Source of the DNA: Spirochaetaceae bacterium
Lineage (GTDB): Bacteria > Spirochaetota > Spirochaetia > DSM-27196 > PWMO01
Length of the DNA: 64,000 nt
Direction of reading: 5' to 3'
NCBI GenBank assembly: GCA_007693485.1
Contig: REDM01000163.1
Span: 3,036-67,035, forward strand
Shown: in pieces, positions 29,438-39,500 of the stretch
How the letters are laid out: the number at the start of each line of letters is the position of its first letter
Numbering within the stretch: position 1 is the stretch's first letter
Made by a program: the position numbers and the translations under genes
Notes under the pieces: model-generated
Databases searched by the model: none
Seen by the model: only the letters and a program-made list of their open reading frames with translations
What the model was told of the DNA's origin: nothing

Positions 29438-30793
29438 CTACAGGGTTATCTTCTTCAAGAGCTCCTGCAGCTTCTCCTTGTTCAGCAAATCGATCGGCCG
29501 GGACTCGACAAACTCTACCGCCGACCGTGAAAAAATTGCGCTGCAAACCAGCATGCCGCGGTTTATGTTCTGCTTCTTCATTTCTTCATGAAGGACGCGC
29601 ACCGTACCTTCGTCTACCGTCTCTGTTCCCCGCAGATAGCGGATTACGGTGGGCAGGTTGCGCGTGTTTCGCCACTTGGACTGTGGCTCGACGGCGATGA
29701 TCTCGCATCCGTTATCGATGGACGAAACGTCCCGGACGGAGTAGCCCATTTCCACGGTGAGCTTGCGGCAGATGCCGACAAATTCGTCGCTCGTACTGGT
29801 GAGGTAGTCCTTGATGCGGTCGTCGTGGCGCATCTCCTGGAACTGAGTCAGCTTCTCGGCAACATCCCGAAAGCCTGGCTTCTTCTGATAGATCTTTTCC
29901 CACTGTTCGATGGCCGGCTCGATGCGGCGCGTTTTCTCGTACGCGGTCGCCAGGAAGTAGCGCGCATAAAGGGTTTCCGCCGCCGATTCGTCCTCGGCGT
30001 TCTTCACCGCTCGCTCGAGCTCTGAAGCCGCGCGGTCGAAGTCTCCCAGGGCGAGCAGCGACCCCCCGCGCTCCACCAGGGCGCGCATTTTGAGTTCGGG
30101 GTCCTTGGTCGCCTTCTCGAAAGCGGACATCGCAGCGGTATGGTCACGGAACTCTTTCTGGATTTTGCCAACGTAGAACCATGCCCGGTAGTTCTCCGGG
30201 TCGAGGCGCACGGCTGTGTCGAGGTAGCCTTTGGCCTCCGCGTACTGCTTGGCGCGAAAGAGCAGCGAACCGAGACCCGAATGTGCCTGTGAATGGCGCC
30301 CGTCGAGTTCGACCGCCTTCTTGTACAAGGCCGCTGCCTTGCTCGAGCGCTCGCGGTCCTCGAAGAGTCGTCCGGCCTGGTAGTAGTAGTTGGGGTTTCC
30401 AGGGTCTTTTTTGATCAAAACCAGGTATTCTTTCAGAGCTTCTTCGGGTTGATTGAATTTGACGAAAAGTTCCGCTATCTTCTGTCTGAAGGGGACCTCG
30501 CGGACAAACCCTTCAAACTGGCCGATCTGATTAACGGTCTTGAACTCCATCAGAGCCAGTTCTGCCTTATTCTCCCCCAAGTACGCGAGTCCCAGCAGGT
30601 AGTGAGCGTCGGCGTTGCGTGGTTCCTTGACCAGCACCGCCTTGGCCAGTCGTATGGCGTGGGCGTGCTTACCCTGTTTGACCAGGTTGGCAATCGTAGT
30701 CACCTTTTTGGGCGCCATGATGGAGCGGACGACGAAAAAGGTAATGAAACCGATACCAACACCGAGGATAATAATGAGGATAACTATGCCCAT
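29438..30793 (-). CDS. Membrane-anchored TPR-repeat protein with a C-terminal Mrr-like (PD-(D/E)xK restriction-endonuclease-fold) domain
   Basis: N-terminal TM (IVILIIILGVGIGFITFFVV), about 7 TPR-like repeats, and a C-terminal ~120 aa (FVGICRKLTVEMGYSVRDVSSIDNGCEIIAVEP...VIRYLRG...GMLVCSAIFSRSAVEF) laid out like Mrr_cat. Confidence 0.6.
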   Translation of the reverse strand: MGIVILIIILGVGIGFITFFVVRSIMAPKKVTTIANLVKQGKHAHAIRLAKAVLVKEPRNADAHYLLGLAYLGENKAELALMEFKTVNQIGQFEGFVREVPFRQKIAELFVKFNQPEEALKEYLVLIKKDPGNPNYYYQAGRLFEDRERSSKAAALYKKAVELDGRHSQAHSGLGSLLFRAKQYAEAKGYLDTAVRLDPENYRAWFYVGKIQKEFRDHTAAMSAFEKATKDPELKMRALVERGGSLLALGDFDRAASELERAVKNAEDESAAETLYARYFLATAYEKTRRIEPAIEQWEKIYQKKPGFRDVAEKLTQFQEMRHDDRIKDYLTSTSDEFVGICRKLTVEMGYSVRDVSSIDNGCEIIAVEPQSKWRNTRNLPTVIRYLRGTETVDEGTVRVLHEEMKKQNINRGMLVCSAIFSRSAVEFVESRPIDLLNKEKLQELLKKITL

Positions 30794-30826
30794 ATTCGGT
30801 CTACCGTTGGCGTACCGGTGTCTTTC

Positions 30827-31666
30827 ATGACGATCAGAGCATACGGGGTTTCCCGAATCGTGTCAAATAAGCGGGGCTGCGTGACGCTGCTCGCGCTGTC
30901 GCTGTTGGTGCTGTGCGCGTCGACTGAGGCAGTCGCTTCACCGCTCCTCCGTCGTGGCGAGGAGCTGTTCATGCAGAACCGTCCGGAGGAGGCCGCCCCC
31001 GTACTCGAGGCCGCACTCGAAGCGGAGCCCACCAACGAACGGATCTTTCTCTACCTCGGGATCGTCTACGAACAGCTGGGACGTCCCGAGCGCGCCGCTG
31101 AGATTCTTCGACGAGGGGCCGAGATCGGCGGGCAACACCGGGGTGTCATCCTGTTCAACCTTGCAAACAACTACGCGGCCATGGGACAAACTGAGCAGGC
31201 CGAGCAGATGTACACCCAGGCGATTCGCGTCGACAGTTCGCTTTCAGCCGCGTACCTGAATCGGGCCAACCTTCGCGTGCGGACATCGGAGTTCCAGCGT
31301 GCCATCGACGACTACACCATATTTCTCACCCTTGCCCCTACCGCCCCGCAGCGTCCGCAGGTTGAGCAGATGATGTCGCTCCTGCGAGATACCATGGAGA
31401 GGGAAAAGGTTCGCCGGGCGGAGGAAGAGCGCGTGGCCCGCGAGGAAGCTGAACGTCGTCGTGTAGCCGAAGAGATTGAGCGTCAGGCCGAACAGCGTCG
31501 GGCGGAAGAGGCAGCACGACGCCAGGCCGAAGAGGACGCTCGGAGAAGGGCGTTGCTCGATTCGGTGCTCGATTCACTCGGCGGCACTCGCGGCGAAACA
31601 CGGGCACTTGGTGGAGGCGCGGAGGACATCCGCGACTTCGAAGACAGCTTTGATATTGTGGACTGA
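30827..31666 (+). CDS. TPR-repeat lipoprotein with a charged coiled-coil tail
   Basis: ATG 30827; the track start at 30293 would run antisense through the neighbouring gene. Lipobox LVLCAS, TPR repeats, then an ER/RA-rich segment REEAERRRVAEEIERQAEQRRAEEAARRQAEEDARRR. Confidence 0.7.
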   Translation: MTIRAYGVSRIVSNKRGCVTLLALSLLVLCASTEAVASPLLRRGEELFMQNRPEEAAPVLEAALEAEPTNERIFLYLGIVYEQLGRPERAAEILRRGAEIGGQHRGVILFNLANNYAAMGQTEQAEQMYTQAIRVDSSLSAAYLNRANLRVRTSEFQRAIDDYTIFLTLAPTAPQRPQVEQMMSLLRDTMEREKVRRAEEERVAREEAERRRVAEEIERQAEQRRAEEAARRQAEEDARRRALLDSVLDSLGGTRGETRALGGGAEDIRDFEDSFDIVD

Positions 31667-31699
31667 GAACGGATAACGAACCCCAAGCGAGAGGAAAGC

Positions 31700-33676
31700 G
31701 TGTTTTACGATACAAAGAAGGTTGTGATCGTCGCCGCGGCGGCAATATTGATTCTGGGCGTTGCCGGATTTTTTCTGGTCCGTGGACTGCGTGGTCGCGA
31801 ACCGGCTCCCACGGTAACCGTGGTGAGCGAGGCGGAACGGGCGCGGGCTAATCGGTTGCGGCTGGCACGCGACTATTTTGAGAGCGGCGAGTTCCAGCGG
31901 GCACTCGACATCCTTGACCAGATTCTGATCGCCGACGCCGACGATGAAGAGGCTCGTGAGCTCAAGGCCCTGGTTGTTGATGCTCGTCGCGCCGAGCAGC
32001 AGCGGCTCGCCGCCGAGGAGGCCGAACGGCAGCGGCAACGCGATGCGGCACTTTCGCGGCCCGACGATGCCACACTGCGCGCCCTCCAGACGCAGCAGGC
32101 CGAGGCGATGGCCCGCGCCCGCGAGGCGGAGGCGCAGGTCGCACGCCGGCTCGAAGAGCAGCGCCGGGCCGACGAAGAGCGCCGGCGGGTGGAAGAGGAA
32201 CAGCGGCGACGGGCGGAAGAGGAACGGCTCGCCCGGCTCTCCGCCGAGGAGCGTGCCCGCGAGCAGCGGATTCAACAGCTTCTTGCGGAAGGAGACGCCT
32301 ACCTTGCGCGGCGTAACTTCCGCCAGGCACGAGACGCTTTTCAGGAAGTACTCGACATCAGGCTGCAGGACAGCGCGGCAAATAATCGTTACCACGCAAC
32401 GGCCCTGGCCCGGGCGGCCCGCGCCGTCTACGAGGAGAACCCTGGGAGCGCCGAGGCGCGTGCCCAGGCGATTCAGTTTTCCAATCGGGCGATCCAGCTG
32501 GACAATCAGCTCTGGGAGCCTCACTTCATTCTGGGACGTATCTACCACGATACCGAGCTCTTCCCCGACGCGATATCGTCGTTCCGCGCTGCCGCCCGTC
32601 TGAACCCGGACAACGCCGCGGTGTTCTTTGCTCTGGGAAACTCGCAGTTTCGGGCACGGCAGTTTCGCGATGCGCGGCAGTCGTACGAGGCGACGGTTCG
32701 TATCGATCCGCGCTTTGAGAATGCCCATCACAATCTGGGTATCACCCATCTGGCGCTGGAGGATCCCACGCGCGCCCTTGAAGCGTTCCGGTTTGCGGCT
32801 CAGGTGAACCAAAACGACGCGCGTGCCCACTTTCGCATTGGTTCTATTCTGCTCGATCGCGGAGAAGTTTCCGCAGCAACCACATCGTTGCAACGCGCTG
32901 TCGAATTGGACGGCAATAACGCGACGCACCATTCCCGGCTGGCTACCGCCTTCTTTCGGCAGGACCGCCTCCCGGACGCCGAGCGCCACTTTGCCGCCGC
33001 GGACCGCCTTCAGCCCAACAACGCGACCCACAACTACAACCTTGCGGTGGTTCGTTTTGATCTCGGCCGCAACGCCGACGCGCTGCGGAACGTTCGCCGC
33101 GCCATCGAACTGAACGCAGAACCCGCCGAGTACCACTACACGCTTGGACAGATTCTGGAGAAGGGCGGCGACATCGACGGAGCGATTGCCGCTCACACCG
33201 CCGCTATCAGTCGCAACCGGAGTTATGTGCGCGCCATGGTCGAGCTGGGACGGATTCTCGGCGAGCAGCGGATGCACGATCAGGCGTTGGAGTTTCTGCG
33301 TGCAGCGCACCGGATCGAGCCCAACTCGGTGGAAGTGAACACCAACCTCGGGAACGTCTACCTGAACAAGGGAATGTACAACGACGCTATCACCCACTAC
33401 CGTCGCGCAGTGGATCAACGGCCCAACGAAACGGTCATGCGCTACAATCTGGCGCTCGCGTATATTGGCGGGAGCCGGTTCGCCGAGGCGCAGGAAGCGT
33501 TGAATCATGTGATTCGGCTTGATGCCACCTACTGGGTCGCCCACCACCGTCTTGGCGAGGTCCTGGTGGCAAAAGAACAGACCACCGATGCACGACGGGT
33601 GCTTCAGCAGTTGCTCCAGCGAAATCCGCAATACGCGGCGCGGGGAGAAGTGGAAGCGATTCTCGCCGGGTTGTAA
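31700..33676 (+). CDS. Membrane-anchored multi-TPR protein
   Basis: GTG 31700, N-terminal TM, an ER-rich coiled coil, then more than 10 TPR repeats (recurrent A..Y..AL.L.P....A..NLG pattern). Confidence 0.75.
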   Translation: MFYDTKKVVIVAAAAILILGVAGFFLVRGLRGREPAPTVTVVSEAERARANRLRLARDYFESGEFQRALDILDQILIADADDEEARELKALVVDARRAEQQRLAAEEAERQRQRDAALSRPDDATLRALQTQQAEAMARAREAEAQVARRLEEQRRADEERRRVEEEQRRRAEEERLARLSAEERAREQRIQQLLAEGDAYLARRNFRQARDAFQEVLDIRLQDSAANNRYHATALARAARAVYEENPGSAEARAQAIQFSNRAIQLDNQLWEPHFILGRIYHDTELFPDAISSFRAAARLNPDNAAVFFALGNSQFRARQFRDARQSYEATVRIDPRFENAHHNLGITHLALEDPTRALEAFRFAAQVNQNDARAHFRIGSILLDRGEVSAATTSLQRAVELDGNNATHHSRLATAFFRQDRLPDAERHFAAADRLQPNNATHNYNLAVVRFDLGRNADALRNVRRAIELNAEPAEYHYTLGQILEKGGDIDGAIAAHTAAISRNRSYVRAMVELGRILGEQRMHDQALEFLRAAHRIEPNSVEVNTNLGNVYLNKGMYNDAITHYRRAVDQRPNETVMRYNLALAYIGGSRFAEAQEALNHVIRLDATYWVAHHRLGEVLVAKEQTTDARRVLQQLLQRNPQYAARGEVEAILAGL

Positions 33677-33762
33677 GCGGGCGCGGTAACCGTCCGCCGC
33701 GCGGTTGACGCGGCGGGCCGCCTTTCGTACCTTTCACTCAGCTAAGCACACAGAGGTGAACC

Positions 33763-34713
33763 ATGTCCGACGCAACCGAGAACGTCATCATCATCGGGTC
33801 CGGCCCCGCCGCGCACACCGCCGCAATCTACACCGCCCGCGCTGAGCTCAAGCCGCTCCTGTTCGAGGGCTTCATGGCTGCAGGCGTTGCCGCGGGCGGA
33901 CAGCTCACCACTACCACCGAAGTGGAGAATTACCCCGGCTTTCCCGAGGGTATCCAGGGCCCCGAGCTCATGGACCGCATGCGGGCGCAGTCAATCCATC
34001 ACGGATGCCGCATCAAGACTGAGACCATCGCATCGATGGATCTCTCCGCTCGGCCCTTCACCGTCACCACCGAATCCGGCACGGCGTACCAGGCGAAGGC
34101 GCTGATTCTCGCCACCGGGGCCACGGCGAAGCGGATGCATCTACCAGGCGAGGAAACCTACTGGCAACGCGGCATCTCCGCCTGTGCGGTGTGTGACGGC
34201 GCCCTGCCGATCTTTCGAAACCAGCCGCTGGTGGTGATTGGTGGCGGTGACAGCGCCTGCGAAGAGGGGAGCTTTCTCACCAAGTTTGGAAGCACCGTGA
34301 TCATGCTGGTGCGGCGTGACGAGCTTCGTGCGTCCAAGGCGATGCAGAAGCGCGTCCTGGATAACCCCAAGATCGATATTCGCTGGAACACCGAGGCGCA
34401 GGAAGTGCTCGGCGACGGCAAGGTGATGACCGGTATCCGCGTGAAAAACAACAGAACCGGCGAAGAGGACACGATCGACGCGAAAGGGCTGTTCTATGCA
34501 ATTGGCCACATCCCCAATACCGAGTTTCTGAACGGCCAGCTTGAGACCGATGAAACCGGGTACCTGGTGACGCGCGGAAAAACCACCGAAACGAGCGTCC
34601 CCGGCGTCTTTGCTGCCGGAGACGTTCAGGACAAGAAGTACCGTCAGGCGGTTACTGCAGCGGGAAGTGGGTGCATGGCGGCGCTGGAAGCCGAGCACTA
34701 TCTGAATTCTTAG
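33763..34713 (+). CDS. trxB: Thioredoxin-disulfide reductase
   Basis: FAD motif [14 protein letters not shown], redox centre CAVCDG, NADPH motif [11 protein letters not shown]. Confidence 0.95.
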   Translation: MSDATENVIIIGSGPAAHTAAIYTARAELKPLLFEGFMAAGVAAGGQLTTTTEVENYPGFPEGIQGPELMDRMRAQSIHHGCRIKTETIASMDLSARPFTVTTESGTAYQAKALILATGATAKRMHLPGEETYWQRGISACAVCDGALPIFRNQPLVVIGGGDSACEEGSFLTKFGSTVIMLVRRDELRASKAMQKRVLDNPKIDIRWNTEAQEVLGDGKVMTGIRVKNNRTGEEDTIDAKGLFYAIGHIPNTEFLNGQLETDETGYLVTRGKTTETSVPGVFAAGDVQDKKYRQAVTAAGSGCMAALEAEHYLNS

Positions 34714-34750
34714 GTACTGTTCCAAAACCTGTGCATTTTTCGTTGCGCGC

Positions 34751-36514
34751 TCAGGTGCGCCCCACCATGGCGGCCAATTGTTCGCGGCTGATTTCGGCCC
34801 AGAGCGGCCGTCCGTGGGGGCATCGCGGCTCGGGGAGGGCGAAGATCTGGCGCAGCAGCGTGATCGCGCCGGTGTCGTCGAGCCGGTCGCCCTGTTTTAC
34901 GGCCGCCTTACACGCCATCTGTGCGTAGAATCGCTGCACCAGCTCCTTCGGATGGCGCGTTACCTCACGAACCGTCTCAACCACCTCATCCTGATGCCGC
35001 AGGTAGGCCGCTCCCAAGGCGGTGATGCTCCACCGCCCGGGACCGCTTCGTTCCGCGCGTATGCCGAGCGCCGCAATCTCCTCGCTGCGGTCGCGCAGCA
35101 CCCGGTCTTCCTGTGCGTCAACCTCAACGAGAATAGGCACCAAGAGCTCCTGCACGCCGCCCTGGGCGCGAAAGCGGTCGTAGAGGATGCGTTCGTGCCC
35201 GGCGTGCTGATCCACAATCAGGAGTCGCCCGTCGCGTTCGACGAGCAGATAGAGATTGAAGGCGCAGGCGAGGTAGCGAAATGATCCACCGTTGGCGGAA
35301 CCGGCGTCGCTGGGCGACGCATTTGCTACCGGGCCGGCAACATTGCCCAGAACAGCACCGGTTCGAGTCGAAGCGTGCGCCGGCCGAAGCTCGTGCAGCG
35401 GGCGGTAGACTGGAGGGGATTGCTCGCCGAGCATTTCCACTGGCCGATCGGCGTACGCCGGGCGGGGATCGGGCGGGAAGAGCGGCGAGGGGGAAGGCGA
35501 TATCCGCTCGGCGATCACCGATGCGTGCAGGAACGCCGAGACAGTCTCGACGGTACGGCGGTGGATGTCGGGCAGGTTGCGGAAACGGACCTCACGCTTG
35601 GCAGGGTGGATGTTGAAATCCACCAGCGCCGGATCGCACTGAATAAACAAAAAACAGACCGGGTGGCTGCCGCCGGGGGCAACGGGGTCGAAAGCGTGTT
35701 CGATCGCCTGTACCAGCGCGTACTCCCAGACGCGGCGACGGTTCACAAAGACCTGGGTGAGGCGCCGGTCGCGCCGCAGCAGGGCGGCTCCGGTGGTGAC
35801 GGCGGAGAGCGAGAATCCGTCGCCGCTGCCGGTAATGGTTGAGAGAAGTTTTCGGTCGCCGATCTCCGCATAGCAGGCGAGAAGTCTCGCCTCGGCATCC
35901 GCGGCGGGCAGAAACAGACGAAGATCCCCGTCGACAAAGAAGCGAAAGGTTACCTCGGGGAAGGCAGCGGCCTTGTCCAGAAGCACCGTCCTGCAGAGGC
36001 CGCCTTCGCTCGCGGCCCGTTTGAGGAAACTCCGGCGCGCGGGGACGCAGTAGAAGAGGTCCTCTACGGTGACGCGTGTTCCGCGAATTGCCTCGCAGGC
36101 AGAAAGCGCCACCACGCTCCCGCCGTGAACCACCAGCTCGTGGCCGGGTCGGTCGTGGTGTTGTCCGCTGCGGATGGTGAGGCGCGCCACTGAGGCGACG
36201 CTGGAGAGTGCCTCGCCGCGGAAGCCGAGGCTCGAAACGCGTTCAAGGTCGGCTTCGGTCTCGATCTTGCTGGTGGCGTGGGGAAGGTGACAGATTTCCA
36301 GATCGTCCCGGCTCATCCCGGAGCCGTTGTCGATCACCTCGATGCGTGCGCGCCCGCCGTCTGCAATGTGCAGATCGATCCGGTCCGCTCCAGCGTCGAG
36401 GGCGTTGTCGAGCAGCTCGCGCACCACCGCCTGCGGCCGGTCGATTACCTCGCCCGCAGCAATTTTGCGTGCTACCTCGTCTCGTAACACCCGCACCGGT
36501 CGGTTCTGGCTCAT
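34751..36514 (-). CDS. mutL: DNA mismatch repair protein MutL
   Basis: GHKL ATPase N-terminus VARKIAAGEVIDRPQAVVRELLDNALDAGA and C-terminal CPHGRP motif. Confidence 0.95.
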   Translation of the reverse strand: MSQNRPVRVLRDEVARKIAAGEVIDRPQAVVRELLDNALDAGADRIDLHIADGGRARIEVIDNGSGMSRDDLEICHLPHATSKIETEADLERVSSLGFRGEALSSVASVARLTIRSGQHHDRPGHELVVHGGSVVALSACEAIRGTRVTVEDLFYCVPARRSFLKRAASEGGLCRTVLLDKAAAFPEVTFRFFVDGDLRLFLPAADAEARLLACYAEIGDRKLLSTITGSGDGFSLSAVTTGAALLRRDRRLTQVFVNRRRVWEYALVQAIEHAFDPVAPGGSHPVCFLFIQCDPALVDFNIHPAKREVRFRNLPDIHRRTVETVSAFLHASVIAERISPSPSPLFPPDPRPAYADRPVEMLGEQSPPVYRPLHELRPAHASTRTGAVLGNVAGPVANASPSDAGSANGGSFRYLACAFNLYLLVERDGRLLIVDQHAGHERILYDRFRAQGGVQELLVPILVEVDAQEDRVLRDRSEEIAALGIRAERSGPGRWSITALGAAYLRHQDEVVETVREVTRHPKELVQRFYAQMACKAAVKQGDRLDDTGAITLLRQIFALPEPRCPHGRPLWAEISREQLAAMVGRT

Positions 36515-36553
36515 GGTGGCATCGTATCTGCGCGGGGGTGGGGGTGCAAGCGG

Positions 36554-39500
36554 CTAGAACTGTATCCGCCCCTCGATGCCCGCCTGAATCCCGAGAATGA
36601 ACATCCGCTCCCGTACCGCGTCGAGGTCGAAGGGCTTCCAGCCGAGGCCGAGGTCGAAGTAGGCGCGCACCGAACCCTGGTCGGGCAGCTCCAGTGAGGT
36701 CTCGTGACCAAGCAGCACGGTGATCTCGTTTCGCCAGCGGTCTTCACGGAACTGCAGGGCGGTGACGGTGAGCCGTTCGCTGTGCTGATAGTATGCGCCG
36801 CGATCGATAGCCGGTTGCAGCGCTTCAATCCCGAAGATGGACGCCGGTTCATTGCGGCGGCGGAAGGCGACTACCGACTCCACGTCGATCTGGGTGTCCT
36901 CAGGGGCGCTGATGCCAACCGCGTGGTCGATGGCGAGACTGCGGTTGCGCCGGCCGAAGAAGGCGCTCTCCGAGAGGATCTGCGTATCGATCTGGTATGT
37001 GCCGTCTGTGCGACGGTCCTGTATGCGGAAATCGATACTATTTCGAAACTCGTCACTCTGGTAGAAGGTCACGAGCTGATACGCACCCAGAGAGCCAAAC
37101 AGATTCACCGCGGCGGAGGTGAGGTCGAGCTGCCACGTGACGGTATCGGTGACGGCGTCCGCATCGCGCACCAGCGAACGGCGCAGTGCGGTACGCACTC
37201 GATGCGGAACGAAGAGATCGCGGATGGTGGAGCCGAAGTTCCGCTGGTAGGTGAGTGACGCCTCCGGGTCGTACCGCGCGCTCGAGAGTCCTGCGGTGTC
37301 TGAGGCGAAGAGCAGGTCGTCAGCCGGAGCGAGTAACTCGTAGAAGGGAGGAGAGGTGAAAAAATAACGCTGCTCACCAAAGGCGCTCCAGAATGCGGCG
37401 ATATCGTCGCGGTAGCTGTCATGGTCCGGCGCAACAGTGGTGAACGCGGCGGCCCGTGAATACGCTGGGGTAAGCGACCAGGCGCGGAATCCCGGACCGC
37501 CGAATCGCAGGGGCGTCGAAAGCGCCAGCGAGCCACGGTTTCGCTGCGTTCCCCGGGTCGCACTCTGATTCTGTATATCCCAGTTGGGCTCGACTTGTAC
37601 GGACGCCCGGTCGTAGTCGAACCGCAGCCGGGTCTCCGAGCGGGTGTCACGCGCAATACCGCTTCCCTCCACGTTGGGGGCGAGCAGCTGGTATCCGCTG
37701 ATCCACGAACTCGCGTAGTCGAGGTCGTCCGAGAGCTGGAACCCGCCCGAGGAGTGAATGAAGGTCATCTGCGTGAAAACCGACGGGTTGTCGCTCCAGC
37801 TGGACTCCAGGCGGATCCGCCACGTTTGGCTCAGGTTCTCGCCCCGAAGCCGCGCGTTGGCGTCCACGCGCGCTACCCCCAGGTCTTCGCCGGTGAGGAT
37901 CAGCGCATTGGAGCGGAAGAGCGAGCTCACCGGGCTGCGGTAGCTGCGGCGGTAGCTCTCCAGCAGCACCACCGGTGACGCCGCGGCGGGGATGCGAAGG
38001 GCGTGGCCACCGGTGAAGGTGGTAGTCTCCTCCGACACCGCCATGGAGAAGTCGGTCTCCACGCGGGCTCCCACAATGGTGGAGCGCAGGGCGGTGGCAG
38101 ACGAATAGAGCCCCGCCCCGGTTCCGGCCGCCGCATCGGTGGTGAAACCAGCGCTTCGCACGCTCATGTCGTGATCGAGCTTCATATCGCGCACGACGTC
38201 CACGCTGCCCCAGCGCCAGATGGTATCGGGCCGCTGCCACGAGAGCGCCAGCCGCGAGGTTCCCTCCAGGGTGATGCGGCTGTCGGCCCAGTGAACCTCA
38301 TCCAGGTAGATTTCGCCGGCGCTGGTGTTTCCCATGCCGATCGACAGCCGCGTGAGGTCCCGCCCCGCCGCCGGCGGATCCACGGTGATCTGCGCCCCCG
38401 GCGGAAGGTCCACCCCGTCGATGGTGACACTGCGCGACGCCACATCGAGCTCAACCCGCCGCCAGCGGGAGCCGAGCAGAGTCTCCGCGTCGGGAAGAGG
38501 AATCTCCGCGAAGATTCCACGCGCGCCGTCGCCGGCCTCGTCGGTGAGCGACACCGTCAACACCGGATCGCCGCCGCTTTCGGTCAGGGGGGGCGCCACC
38601 CGCAGATAAAAAATCAGCTTGTCGTAACGCCGGAAGGGTACCGGTGTGACGTAGTCCACGATTTTCCACTGTGGGTCCGTGAGAGGCGGGTCTCCCCAGC
38701 TGATGCGCAGCACGCGCTGGGCGTCGCGCGACTCGGGGTGGAAGACGTCGCGCACCTCAGGGTACTGATCGATGAGTCGGGCCACTCCGCCGGGCGGGCG
38801 ATCGGTTACTTCGCGCACGTTCACGTTGGGCGGCACAAGCGGCGGGGGGACTGGATCCGGGTTTCCACTGTCCGTCGGGTCCGCGGTGGAAGCAACCGCC
38901 GGTCGTGCGCCCTGCACCCGGAAGTCGCCAAAGAGCAGACGGCCCGCGGTCGCCGTACCGTTTCTCACCACAATGACGCGGATGGCTCGCGTCTCGGCCA
39001 GACGGCGGCGTTGTTCAGCGCTCAGACTGATTTCCGCGGTCTGCCATCCAGAAGGAAACGGATCCGCGCCGTTGAGGCCCGGTGTTTCCAAGCGCAGCTC
39101 GCGGCTTGTAAACACCAGCTCCGGCACCTCGCGGTCCAGCACACCGTTCCCGGTGCCGTCTTCGCTCAGCACCAGGGTTCGCCCGGGAGCCACGGTCCCG
39201 GCGCGGAGGGTTCCGACGCTGGGGTGGTTGAACAGAAAACTCGGCAGCAGCGGGCTCGACCCTTCGTCCAGAACGCCGTCGCCGTCGAGGTCTTCGTCCG
39301 TTGCACCGATCTGAAGGTAGACGCGGACGTCGTTGGGATTGCCAACCGCTGTCGGGTCCGTTGCGTCCAGCGACTCCAGCGCCCGCCAGCGGAAGGTGAT
39401 GCCGGTGGCATCCGAGAAATCCCTGCGCCCACCGGGAACCCGGAGCTGCGCACCGACCCAGTCGTCGCCGTCGAGTTCGTAATCCATGACCATCACGTTG

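Noticed and set aside
31574-33631. 685-aa ORF antisense to the TPR gene. Similar long antisense ORFs occur at 6588-8249, 13443-14606, 15968-17032, 19195-20211, 38003-40399, 49786-51333, 56859-58643 and 59404-60849.
   Set aside because: Each lies opposite a gene with clear family motifs. Their translations are Arg/Gly/Pro/Ala-rich with no recognisable motifs. This is the expected stop-poor shadow frame of GC-rich coding DNA.
33677-33762. GC-rich segment after the TPR gene, considered as an intrinsic terminator.
   Set aside because: Only short imperfect stems (GGCG-GGC-CGCC) and a broken T-tract are present. This is not convincing.
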